A DNA stretch of 20,000 bases from positions 55,410-75,409 of the forward strand of contig LT642148.1 of assembly GCA_900128585.1 (NCBI GenBank), written 5' to 3'. Within the stretch, counting starts at the first letter, position 1; each line of letters opens with the position of its first letter. Source of the DNA: Stramenopiles sp. TOSAG23-3 (taxonomy: Eukaryota). Both the position numbers and the translations under genes were made by a program. The notes beneath the pieces are model-generated. The model was not told the origin of the DNA and did no database searches. It saw nothing but the letters and a program-made list of their open reading frames with translations. Shown one piece after another: positions 9,149 through 19,266 of this stretch.

Positions 9149-10041
9149 GTTCGTTTGAAACGGGGGGCGCGCGGTTTAAAGTCTGTCCACCCTAAGCGGC
9201 GTTGTATAGGATTATGCGCGGTGGTGGAGGTCAACTATGCACTGAAGACTTTCTGCCTATACCTTGGGTAGTATGTCTATATATCTTGGGCATTGACCGG
9301 TCGCCTTATGGAATATTTTTGTATACGTCCACATGTATGCTTACTCTTCTACCACAACCTACGATAGTGTAAGAACTGCATTCATATTTTTTGCGGAGAG
9401 TCGTGTCGTCGGTCTTCTAAAAAGAAATAATAATAATAAATAAAATAAAAAACTGGGAAAAAATTTGAAAAAAAAAAAAGAGGAGGAGGAGGAGAGAGAA
9501 GAAGAAGAAGAAGAAGAAGAAGAAGAAGAAAGAAGATGATGATGAAGAGGAAAAAACATGGAAAAAAAGGGTACGGGTATTATACCCGTATTACTATGAT
9601 AATTCTTCTCGTATTTAACTCCTTATCCTTATTATATTTCTTAAATTTCATCATCATCATCAATAATAATAATAATAATAATAAAAATAATCCAAAATAT
9701 TATATTTTGCAGCAGGAGAGAGAAGACACCACACCCACCCACCCCCCGTCCGTCCTACCGGGAACGAACGGTATACGGTATGAAATAAAATAATTATTAA
9801 AAAAATTCTTCTATTATTACTTGTATTATTACCAAGGTATTATAATAAAATATATATACCTGCCTGTGTAACAAAAAAATAATAAACACATCATATTCAT
9901 AATCATTCTATATAATATACGTATATACGTACAAACGAAAAGCAATCGCGATATCCACCCCGAAGGATGCCTTTACGGATTGATTAAACCACCAATCTAT
10001 TGTAAAAAAGACAGTCGATGACTCGAAAAAAGTGAGTCGTG
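9149..10041. promoter_or_regulatory. Divergent (putative bidirectional) promoter region between SURF1 and ValRS
   Basis: Head-to-head orientation of two mitochondrial-function genes; TACCAAGGTA at 9830-9839 and ACCGGT at 9296-9301. Confidence 0.5.
9481..9549 (+). repeat. Purine microsatellite (GAG)n-(GAA)n-(GAT)n
   Basis: Directly visible trinucleotide run in the SURF1/ValRS divergent spacer; (CAT)n/(AAT)n runs follow at about 9649-9682. Confidence 0.9.
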
Positions 10042-13000
10042 ATGCTTGGATATTATGTTTCTTCTGTGGCAGTTCGTTTTCGTCCTGGTGGTATGTGTAA
10101 AGGCCGGCCCAGGTACCGGGGAACAATCAGCAGAGCCTTCTCAGTAAGTAATAGGTCAAAGAAGTTGCTTGGTGCTTTTGATCCGAACACGATAGACTAT
10201 GAAGGTATGTACCGACAGTGGGGTAGTGCAGGGTATTTTACCCCGGGTGCACACGGCAAAGAAACCGTGCCCCCAAGGCCTGTTTTTTCAATGCTCCTGC
10301 CTCCCCCTAACATTACAGGTGCTTTACACATTGGGCACGCACTAACTATAGCTATAGAAGATTCCCTAGTACGCTGGAACCGAATGAATGGGGCTTCCGT
10401 TTCATGGATACCAGGATTGGATCACGCAGGTATTGCTACGCAGACTGTGGTGGAAAAGCAATTGCTGAAGGAAAGCGGTTTGACGCGTCATGATATTGGC
10501 CGGCAAGCGTTTATCAAGCGCGTGCACGAATGGCACAACGCATACGGCACACGGATATTTGAACAGTTGAAATGCCTTGGGGCAAGCTTAGATTGGGATC
10601 AGCAAGTGTTTACTATGGATGATGCGCGTAATAAAGCTGTAACTGAAGCATTTGTCCAGCTGCATGAGCGCGGTATGATATTTCGAGGTCGTAGGATGGT
10701 GAACTGGTGTGTAGCTTTAAATACGGCAATTTCTGATATTGAGGTTGAACAACAAGAATTAGATGGAAGAACGACGATTTCCGTTCCTATGGATGGGGAA
10801 ATAGACGGAATCGCTGTTGACTTTGGTGTAATGTATGACATTGCTTACCCATTGGACAATTCAATGATGGGCACCACTGCCCCAAATGAACTAGTGGTCA
10901 GCACAACTCGGCCAGAAACGATACCAGGCGACGTTGCCTTGGCAGTACACCCCGAGGACGAAAGGTACCGTTATCTTTTGAAACCGGGCGCCCCAAGCCC
11001 ACTGCACCCAATTACCTTGAAGCCGTTGCCGGTGGTGGGAGACGCCACTCTGGTCGACCCCTCTATTGGCACGGGTGTCGTAAAGGTGACACCAGCACAT
11101 GATTTCAACGACTATGAATGCGGTGTGCGCCATGGCTTAGAAATCGTCAACGTAATGAATGATGATGGAACCCTGAATGAAAATGCAAGAGAGTGCGGCG
11201 TAGAAGGGATGAAAAGATTCGAGGCGAGACGTAATATTTTGATCTCTTTGAAATCAAACGGAAATTATCGAGGTGAGACGGATCACAAAACGTCTATTTC
11301 GAGATGTTCACGCTCTGGTGATGTGCTAGAGCCGGTTCTGAAACCACAGTGGTTCCTAAACTGCAAAACCATGGCAAAACAATCTATTGGGATGGTCTGC
11401 GACTCCGAAAGCAGACACAATATTGGATTGTCCCCAGAACTGTATCGCGGCGATTGGGTGCGTTGGTTGGACAATATTGAAGATTGGTGTGTTTCTAGGC
11501 AGCTCTGGTGGGGCCATCGTGTCCCGGCGTATGCCGTTAATTTTGAAGACGGATCCCAACAAGACAACATCGGCAAAGAGAGGACGTGGGTGATCGCACG
11601 AGACGAAGAGGAAGCGAGAGAAAAAGTCAAAAGCAATGGCAAGACATTTACTTTAAAACAAGACGAGGATGTTTTAGACACGTGGTTTTCTTCTGCGCTA
11701 CTACCATTATCAGCACTTGGGTGGAGTGGCCAGGAAGAACATTTTGAATCGCCTCATTACCCTTTGTCGGTAATGGAGACAGGGTCAGATATCTTGTTTT
11801 TTTGGGTGGCAAGAATGTCCATGTTGTGCACCGCACTGCAATCGAACGGAGGGTTGCCGAGCGAACAGTTGCCGCCATTCAAACAAATTTTCCTGCACCC
11901 CATGGTCCGAGATAAAACTGGGAGAAAAATGTCAAAAAGCCTAGGGAATGTGATTGATCCGTTGCATGTAATTCATGGGGTTTCATTGAGCACGCTTTTG
12001 AAAGAATTGGAAGAAGGCAATTTGGGCCGAAAAGAAATCGTTCGGGCAAAGGCACAAGTAAAAAAAGAGTTTCCGGCTGGGATCGAAGCCATGGGCCCCG
12101 ATGCCTTGCGTTTCGCACTTAGTATGTATATGAAGCAAGGAAGGGAAATTAATCTGGATATAAATACGGTTAAAGTAGCGAGGAATTTGTGCAATAAGAT
12201 GTGGCAGGTGTCAAAATTTGTACTTTCGCATGCAAAGAGTGTGCAAACAGGAACATGCGAAGATGCCAAAATTGTTGCCTCCTCGTTGCCATGTAAATGG
12301 ATCATGGGCCGCTTGGCAAGCACAATCGAAAGGTGCAATCATGGTTTTGAGCATTTTGATTTGGCGCTATCTGCAGATGCCATTCGTTCTTTCTTTTTAG
12401 ACGATTTTTGTGGAGTTTTCGTCGAAACGGCGAAAGCTCAAACGTCAGCGGACCAAATTGCTGAGAACGCCGGTGTACTTTTGGTCTGCTTAAGAAACAT
12501 ATTATTAATGTTTCATCCATTTATGCCCTTCATTACAGAAGAATTGTGGGGTGTTGTAAACCAAGGTGCTTCGGAGAGCATAATGGTATCAAAATTTCCC
12601 TGTGCAGACTACTTTTCGTCTAGTGCAGATCCAAGTGTAGGCAGACAAATGGATTATCTTCTCTCCGTGGCAGGATCGACGCGCAAACTTAAGTTTATCG
12701 CATCCCAGCTTGGCGTGAACACAAAAGAATCCAAATTTTCGCTGGTGCTGAAGAAAAACAGCAAAAACTGGGCCACTATCAAAGAAAATATTCATTGTGT
12801 TGCAGTTTTGTCCCATGTGTCGGAATTTCATTTTTTCTCCAACGAAAACTCCTCTTCGTGCAACCCGATTGTTGAAGAAAACGAAAAAATAATTGAACTC
12901 CAAGTGGATGAAAGCACATCAGTATCGTTAATATTCGACGCAAGCGAAGACATCGTCATGAAAAAAGCGGGTGCTGAAATTGTGCGACTTCAACGTCAAC

Positions 13001-13188
13001 TCGAGAAAATTCGTAAACAGATCAGTAAAATTAACAAACGCCAGAGCAAAGAACAGTACAAACTGCACACCCCGTTAGACATTAAGGAGCGGGATTTAGC
13101 AAAGTTGCACGAGCTGAGTTTAAAAGTAAAGAATTTAACTCAGACGGTTGAAACTTTGACCAATTTTTACGAAAGAACCCGTCAGTGA
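10042..13188 (+). CDS. VARS2: Valyl-tRNA synthetase, probably mitochondrial, intronless
   Basis: PPPNITGALHIGH (HIGH motif), DHAGIATQ, TTRPET, GTGVVKVTPAHD, DWCVSRQLWWGH, DVLDTWFSS, KMSKS, C-terminal coiled coil; Arg-rich N-terminal extension. First ATG at 10042. Confidence 0.96.
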   Translation: MLGYYVSSVAVRFRPGGMCKGRPRYRGTISRAFSVSNRSKKLLGAFDPNTIDYEGMYRQWGSAGYFTPGAHGKETVPPRPVFSMLLPPPNITGALHIGHALTIAIEDSLVRWNRMNGASVSWIPGLDHAGIATQTVVEKQLLKESGLTRHDIGRQAFIKRVHEWHNAYGTRIFEQLKCLGASLDWDQQVFTMDDARNKAVTEAFVQLHERGMIFRGRRMVNWCVALNTAISDIEVEQQELDGRTTISVPMDGEIDGIAVDFGVMYDIAYPLDNSMMGTTAPNELVVSTTRPETIPGDVALAVHPEDERYRYLLKPGAPSPLHPITLKPLPVVGDATLVDPSIGTGVVKVTPAHDFNDYECGVRHGLEIVNVMNDDGTLNENARECGVEGMKRFEARRNILISLKSNGNYRGETDHKTSISRCSRSGDVLEPVLKPQWFLNCKTMAKQSIGMVCDSESRHNIGLSPELYRGDWVRWLDNIEDWCVSRQLWWGHRVPAYAVNFEDGSQQDNIGKERTWVIARDEEEAREKVKSNGKTFTLKQDEDVLDTWFSSALLPLSALGWSGQEEHFESPHYPLSVMETGSDILFFWVARMSMLCTALQSNGGLPSEQLPPFKQIFLHPMVRDKTGRKMSKSLGNVIDPLHVIHGVSLSTLLKELEEGNLGRKEIVRAKAQVKKEFPAGIEAMGPDALRFALSMYMKQGREINLDINTVKVARNLCNKMWQVSKFVLSHAKSVQTGTCEDAKIVASSLPCKWIMGRLASTIERCNHGFEHFDLALSADAIRSFFLDDFCGVFVETAKAQTSADQIAENAGVLLVCLRNILLMFHPFMPFITEELWGVVNQGASESIMVSKFPCADYFSSSADPSVGRQMDYLLSVAGSTRKLKFIASQLGVNTKESKFSLVLKKNSKNWATIKENIHCVAVLSHVSEFHFFSNENSSSCNPIVEENEKIIELQVDESTSVSLIFDASEDIVMKKAGAEIVRLQRQLEKIRKQISKINKRQSKEQYKLHTPLDIKERDLAKLHELSLKVKNLTQTVETLTNFYERTRQ

Positions 13189-14106
13189 TAAGACTTGTAA
13201 GTTTTTGACGCCACTGCACTGCTTGGAAAAAGAATTTTAATCAAAAATATTTAAAAAAACAAAGTGCATTATTAAATATTGCTGTAAGTCTGCATTTGAC
13301 GCAAATCCAAATACCCATACCGAATATGCATTGAGTACATCAGAGAATGATAGTCTAGACTCTAGACGGGTTGACAGGAGTAGATTAGTTATTGAAATTA
13401 CGGGAGCAGAGATAAGTTCGCAGTACATGAAGGAACGTAAACCTGGACAAAAGGAGCAGATTCACATCCACAATACATGAGGAAGATAAATTTTAATTAT
13501 GTACTTAAAAAACAAATTATATAACATTAATTTTAATTACTTATAATTATAATAGTCAATTTTCTTGTTTTTGTATATAAAAAAAAAGCTTCTTTTTTTG
13601 TTGTTGCTGTCGTTGTTATTTTTTAGATATTATTTTTATCTCTATTATTTTTTGTATATTAAAAATCCTTTTTTTTTTATTATTATTATTAGACTAGTCA
13701 GTCTAAAAATAAAGAAGTTGTTGTTATTTTACTACTAGTCGTCTAATAATTCAACATCATGATACTATTATATATTATTATTTGTGTATTTTAAAAAAAT
13801 GTTAATAGTAGGAATAATAATACAACCTGCACCAGCAGCATGCACAAACAAACTAATTAATACGAAGCAACACAATCAACAACACGACAACAAAAAAGAG
13901 GAGGAGGACAACAGCGTTTCTTTTTGCAAATTCTAATATAATATAATTGAAAACAAGATTTGTTGTTTAATCTTTAGATTTCCATTGTCAAAAGTATTGT
14001 AGCGATAGGCCGCACGCACGTAATTAACTACCGTTAGGTATACATCACCTATGTGCCTTGACATACAAATTCGAGTTGCAAGAAACTAATTGAATTGTGT
14101 CATACT

Positions 14107-14899
14107 ATGCCACATCGAGCCCCTGCGAAGATTGGCCCGTCCCTGTTGGCGTGCGACCTTTCAAAGATGGCGTTGGAGGGCAGTGACGTTATGGCCAAGG
14201 GCGCTGACTATTTGCATGTGGACGTGATGGATGGACACTTTGTCCCAAATTTGTCCTGGGGTCCGCCAGTCATCAAGTCCCTGCGGAAAAATACCGAAGC
14301 GTTTTTGGATGTTCATTTGATGGTATCGAACCCTGAGTTTTGGGTAGAACCAATGGCAGATGCTGGGTAAGTCTTTAATTATTTCTCTTTTCTCTCTCTC
14401 TCTCTCTCGGCTACCCCTTCCAGAATCTGTTACACTAACATCGCTTCCCCAATTGAACAATCACAGTGCCGACAGCTTTACGTTTCATGTCGAGGCCACA
14501 AAAGACCCAAAAGCTTTGATCAATAGTATACGAAACGCAAGCCGTAAGATGCAGGTTGGGGTCGCACTCAAACCGAAGACTTCGGTGGACGCTGTGCTGG
14601 AGTTTGCGAACGAGTGCGACATACTGCTGGTAATGACGGTAGAACCTGGGTTTGGGGGGCAAAAATTCATGGTCCCAATGATGGAAAAGGTGAAAAGATT
14701 GCGCGAGCTTTATCCAGAGAAGGACATCCAGGTCGATGGTGGGTTGGGCCCTTCGACTATCGATGCGGCGGCGGCGGCTGGAGCCAATATGATTGTTGCT
14801 GGCAGTTCCATTTTCAAGTCAAACGATCGCGCAGTGGTAATCAAACAACTCCGTGATAGTGTAATAAAGTATGGGCACGGGGTCAACGCAAACGTCTAG
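14107..14899 (+). CDS. RPE: Ribulose-phosphate 3-epimerase, two exons (14107-14366 and 14467-14899)
   Basis: [26 protein letters not shown] in exon 1; [34 protein letters not shown] in exon 2. Splicing gives ...ADAG/ADSFTFH in frame. Confidence 0.97.
14367..14466 (+). other. Spliceosomal intron of RPE (100 nt)
   Basis: GTAAGT donor, (CT)n tract, ACACTAAC branch site (CTAAC 14435-14439), CAG acceptor. Confidence 0.95.
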
Positions 14900-15840
14900 A
14901 ATCTTTGGCGCCCAGGCAGTAGGGGCGACGCTCGTATTGCGGGTGGATATAACGGGGGAGACGGGTGAGAGTCTTAAAGCATAGGATACTATAAAAACTA
15001 TATAATTTGTTTTTTCGATTATTTTATAAAAAATGGCCTGTAAAGTTGGAAATGCTTTATTATTTATTAGACTCAGTTTCAACAACCCAATCCTAAAATG
15101 AATTTTTTAATTTCGTTAGTTGTCAATCACTGAGGAATTATATTTATAATATTCCAATGAACAATATTACTACCAAGTGAAAAAACAAATAAAATTGTTT
15201 CTTCTTATGATATCTTATAAAACATACTATATATTTTGGTTTTTCATATGCTTTAAGACTCTCATTTTATATCAAGTGATAATGTTTCTTTTCTTTGTTA
15301 AAGGTGATCTGTACTCAAGAAATCGATCCAGTTCCCATATATTTCATGTACTGCCGATTTTTCTAATTTAGTCTTATTTTTTCTAAGGGGTATACATAAT
15401 TTTCTTGTTTAAAATAAATAGTAAGTTATGCTTTAGGACTCTCACCTAAAACCAGCCATTGATTCCTTCAAAACCTATGTTAAGATTATTTTAATCCAGG
15501 ACCAAGATATTCATATAATTTGTTTTTTTTGATTAGAATGGACAAAAGGTGCAGATTCATTTTCGCAGTGCAAGAGGAAGATACATTTTATTAATTAGAC
15601 GACAAAATTTTTTGTTTTTTTTAAATATAGCATTAATAGTTTTTACACACTCTTTAAAAACGATATACGCCTGGGATCTTCTGCGCCCTGAGCACGGGAC
15701 GCAACATCCCTGCCTCTTTAAGCCTTTCTGAATAAAAGCGTTTGAAACATACGCCCAGGTGGAAAGAAATCCTCTTAAACAAATGAGCGTTTGCTTTTTT
15801 GAAATTCTTACAAACCATTCGATCGCATGCGCTGACAGCT

Positions 15841-16452
15841 TTAGTCTTCCTTGATTTCACCACTGTCAGCGATAACCAGAGTGCCGCTGGGGGTACCACT
15901 TTGGGAGCCCATGGCTTCGATCTTTTTGACGACGTCTTCCCCTTCGATAACTTTGCCAAAAACGACGTGGCGACCGTCCAACCAGGACGTTTTCACGGTG
16001 GTGATGAAGAATTGGGAGCCGTTGGTGTTTGGTCCAGAGTTTGCCATGGACAAGTAGTATGGCCCAGTGTGCTTCAGTTTGAAGTTTTCGTCATCAAACT
16101 TGTTCCCGTATATGCTTTCGCCGCCCACTCCGGTCCCGTGGGTGAAGTCACCACCTTGGATCATAAATTGAGGTATGACACGGTGGAATTTACTGCCTTT
16201 GTAGTGCAGTGGTTTGCCAGATTTTCCCATGCCTTTTTCACCAGTGCATAGGGCGCGGAAGTTCTCAGCAGTTTTTGGTACCGTTTTGCCAAACAGGCCC
16301 ATGACGATGCGGCCGGCATCTTTGCCGTCGATAGTGACGTCAAAGTATACCTTTGAGGTCATCGTTGGGCCCTTGCCCTTTTTCTTTGCCTCCGCAGCGG
16401 AGAAAACGGCCAAGACCACGACCAAGGCGATGAGAAACTTTGTTGGGTTCAT
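15841..16452 (-). CDS. PPIB: Cyclophilin-type peptidyl-prolyl isomerase with signal peptide (cyclophilin B-like)
   Basis: [60 protein letters not shown]; signal peptide [25 protein letters not shown] at 16452. Confidence 0.96.
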   Translation of the reverse strand: MNPTKFLIALVVVLAVFSAAEAKKKGKGPTMTSKVYFDVTIDGKDAGRIVMGLFGKTVPKTAENFRALCTGEKGMGKSGKPLHYKGSKFHRVIPQFMIQGGDFTHGTGVGGESIYGNKFDDENFKLKHTGPYYLSMANSGPNTNGSQFFITTVKTSWLDGRHVVFGKVIEGEDVVKKIEAMGSQSGTPSGTLVIADSGEIKED

Positions 16453-18063
16453 AATGTTGTTGTTCTGAAATAAATTGCTCAATAATGTCAAACGAAAAAA
16501 GAAACACGGGAGAATGGTTATACAATTTGTAATTAAATATTACTATAGCTAGAGCTATTGGTTTTCTTTATTTCAACATATATATCGTGCATGTATATGA
16601 CAATAACAACCAAAGTAATGAATTCGGTTGATCAAAACGTACACTTCATCCTCCTCCTCTCTCCTTCTTCTCCCTTCTCCACCACACATCACCACATATA
16701 ATAACAAGTGGAAAGTGGTTTGTACATACTACACAGTAAGAAAAGTAGAACGGAAGAATATCTTTCTTTCTTTCGTTGTTAGTCGTTTATTATTTTATTA
16801 TATTTTAGTCTCTATAAAACATACTCGTAGTCGTCTAAAATAATATTAATAATAAATAATAATATTTTGGTAATATAGACACACGAAGACATACAGCATG
16901 ATTAAAGATGAATTTTTTAAAGTTATATACAGTATTAAATAAATGTATAGTAAACTGATTTGTTTTTTATTTTTTCTCTCAAAAAAATAATCCCAAAAAT
17001 CTTATTGGATGGATATAATTAACACGGATACGTGGCCCCAGCAGAAGAATTTTAGTAGATACCACCGGTATATATTTTAATTCCATAGGCGTTTTGTCAC
17101 GTTTCATATAGAAATACGAAGGGCGTTTTGTCACTTTCTTTTCATCCTCGTAGACTATAGAAACACCGTATAGGCGTTCTGCATTTCAGGGAGTCTGGAG
17201 AATACGGTCCCATAACACACCTTAAAAAAAAAACGACAGGGTCCTCGTGTCTCCTCGTCCTCGCCGTCGTCCTTCGTCCTAATAAGACGAATATACAAAT
17301 ATATAGAATAGACTACTAAAGCTATCAAAAGAGTACGAGTTTCACTCACAAGTACCAACCGTAGTAAATAAAAATTTCAATTATTTCATACTACCAGGTA
17401 TAACAACTATGTTTTATAGCTACAGTAGCAAAAAACTATTTTTTTGGTATTTTTATTACTATCATACTGTAGAAGATATAATAAATATAAATAAATAGTG
17501 GTCTAATGGCAATAAAATAGTATCAAGTAGGAGGACTAATTATTTGTACCGTACCGTAGTAGTAGAGCCTAAAATAATAATAAAATAGATTATCACACTA
17601 ATGACCCATATTCAACTTCCTCATCCGATGTCTCACACTCGTAAATGAATCAATCCTTGTGTGGTTTTCCAAGCAGCGGCGTGAATATTTTTAAAGGATG
17701 CTCGTTGTTTGTCTTATAAATTTACTCTGAAAAAAACATGCTTTACTTAGAAAAAAAACTAATGCTTACTTTTAGAATAATGCACATAACGTCTGATTTC
17801 TGATAATAGGTTATAATTTGCTGTTAAAATAACAGCCAATTTTCTTGTTCTAAACTAAGTTTTAAAAAAAATAAAATATATGTTAAAATTTGCATTCCCG
17901 AATCCCGAATCCCCAACTTCCGAAAATACGAAACAAAAAAAGTACTTTTTAGTAAGATATTGTAAAAGTCTAATTTAAAAAGCATTTAACAACAATTTCA
18001 TTTATAGCCAGCTAGGGAAATAAGAAAGCTCCCCCCTCCTGGTTTTTGTATATTCAAAAGCAA

Positions 18064-19266
18064 CTAATTTTCTTCGGCACCGTAAAAGCCTGCACTGCCT
18101 TTCGTGCGATTGACTTCGGTGTCCTCTCGCAAAAACATTTCTTGCTCCGCTTCCATAACCAAAGGGTGTAAAGGGTCCACCACCGACAGCTCGTTGATGA
18201 TGGCCTGGGCAACCTGACTTTTCTTCTTCTTCAACGCAATGTCTGGCATGTCTTCCCCATCGACGGACATGACGACAGCACGCTCAAAGTTGCCATCCCG
18301 GTAGTTGCTTTTGACAAAATCTGCACCGATGTCCTGCTCCTGGCAGTGGTCGAATTCGTAATCCAGCAGCGGGGCGTGGTTTAGGGCGTCTTGCAGGATG
18401 CTCTTCACTTCGCCCGCTTTGCAGTGCTTCATCCAATCGTGGTTTGCCAATCCTGCACTACTATCATACTTAATTACTGCCCTTTTCTCGCTACTGAACC
18501 CAGCACCAAGGCCTTTCGACACCTTCATCCCGGCCAGCACCCCGCTGCGGGCGTAGTCCTCCAACAAGGATTTCCGTGCCGAGAACCCTTTGGCCTTCTT
18601 GAAGGCGGCGAATTCCGCGGCGTATTCGTCGAAATCACTGCCGTGGATGAGCGTTGAAGGGAATTCTATGCTTTCCAGGACGGAGTGATACGTTGCAGAT
18701 CCTACCATGGATAGGGGGACTACCACGTCTGCCCCAGCATTGTAGAGCACGTTCACGGCCTTAGTATATTCCGCCCGGCTACGGCAGTCGTCAACGGCGC
18801 AGACAACGTTGCACCCCTTGGCCTTCCCCATACGGACCAAATCCATGCTGAACAACCCGTGGTCGGCCACCGAAAGAAAGGTCGACCCGGACACAACCGT
18901 CGACAAAATGTGCAGTGCGGCACTCGGGGTGCTGGCCAGGGTCGCGCCAACCAAGGGATCTAACCACTCGCCATCGTCCACTTTCAAGAAGCTCCCCTCC
19001 CCCGCAACTACGTTACTATAACCGTCGGCACGGACTTTCTGGTCCGCGGGAAGGACATAATCGTCAACCTTCAAGTCTTTCACTTTAGGGCCGACCTGTG
19101 TTACGCGCCCTAGAAACGAGCGAGAGCCACCGCCCTCTTCCAAGTCAACAGGTTGGATGCACGAAACTTCCGACACAACCTCTACGTTTGCGCCAGACAC
19201 ACTAGAAAACGCCCGCGAGGCCCCAGCCGTGTTCCGTGCTACCCGGACAACATTTCGAGCAAACAT
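18064..19266 (-). CDS. Mitochondrial-targeted, divergent MDR-superfamily protein (trans-2-enoyl-CoA reductase/quinone reductase-like), 400 aa
   Basis: Long GC-balanced ORF; presequence MFARNVVRVARNTAGASRAFSS; GroES-like GRVTQVGPKVKDLKVDDYVLP; ATLASTPSAALHIL resembles the MECR A-T-x-x-V-N-P-x-T-A segment; MGKAKGCNVV and AGADVVV. The CDS is firm; the family call is tentative. Confidence 0.65.
   Translation of the reverse strand: MFARNVVRVARNTAGASRAFSSVSGANVEVVSEVSCIQPVDLEEGGGSRSFLGRVTQVGPKVKDLKVDDYVLPADQKVRADGYSNVVAGEGSFLKVDDGEWLDPLVGATLASTPSAALHILSTVVSGSTFLSVADHGLFSMDLVRMGKAKGCNVVCAVDDCRSRAEYTKAVNVLYNAGADVVVPLSMVGSATYHSVLESIEFPSTLIHGSDFDEYAAEFAAFKKAKGFSARKSLLEDYARSGVLAGMKVSKGLGAGFSSEKRAVIKYDSSAGLANHDWMKHCKAGEVKSILQDALNHAPLLDYEFDHCQEQDIGADFVKSNYRDGNFERAVVMSVDGEDMPDIALKKKKSQVAQAIINELSVVDPLHPLVMEAEQEMFLREDTEVNRTKGSAGFYGAEEN

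Noticed and set aside
9359..9793. Poly-Ser and poly-Asn ORFs (also 4151-4339, 15177-15371, 16628-16843)
   Set aside because: Translations of microsatellite or AT-rich low-complexity spacer DNA.
14360..14466. Apparent split or frameshifted RPE pseudogene with a signal-peptide-like N-terminus
   Set aside because: Fully explained by a canonical 100-nt intron.
15799..16251. 150-aa ORF antisense to cyclophilin, and 1965-2561 antisense to the G6PD-like gene
   Set aside because: Typical antisense shadow frames of codon-biased conserved genes.
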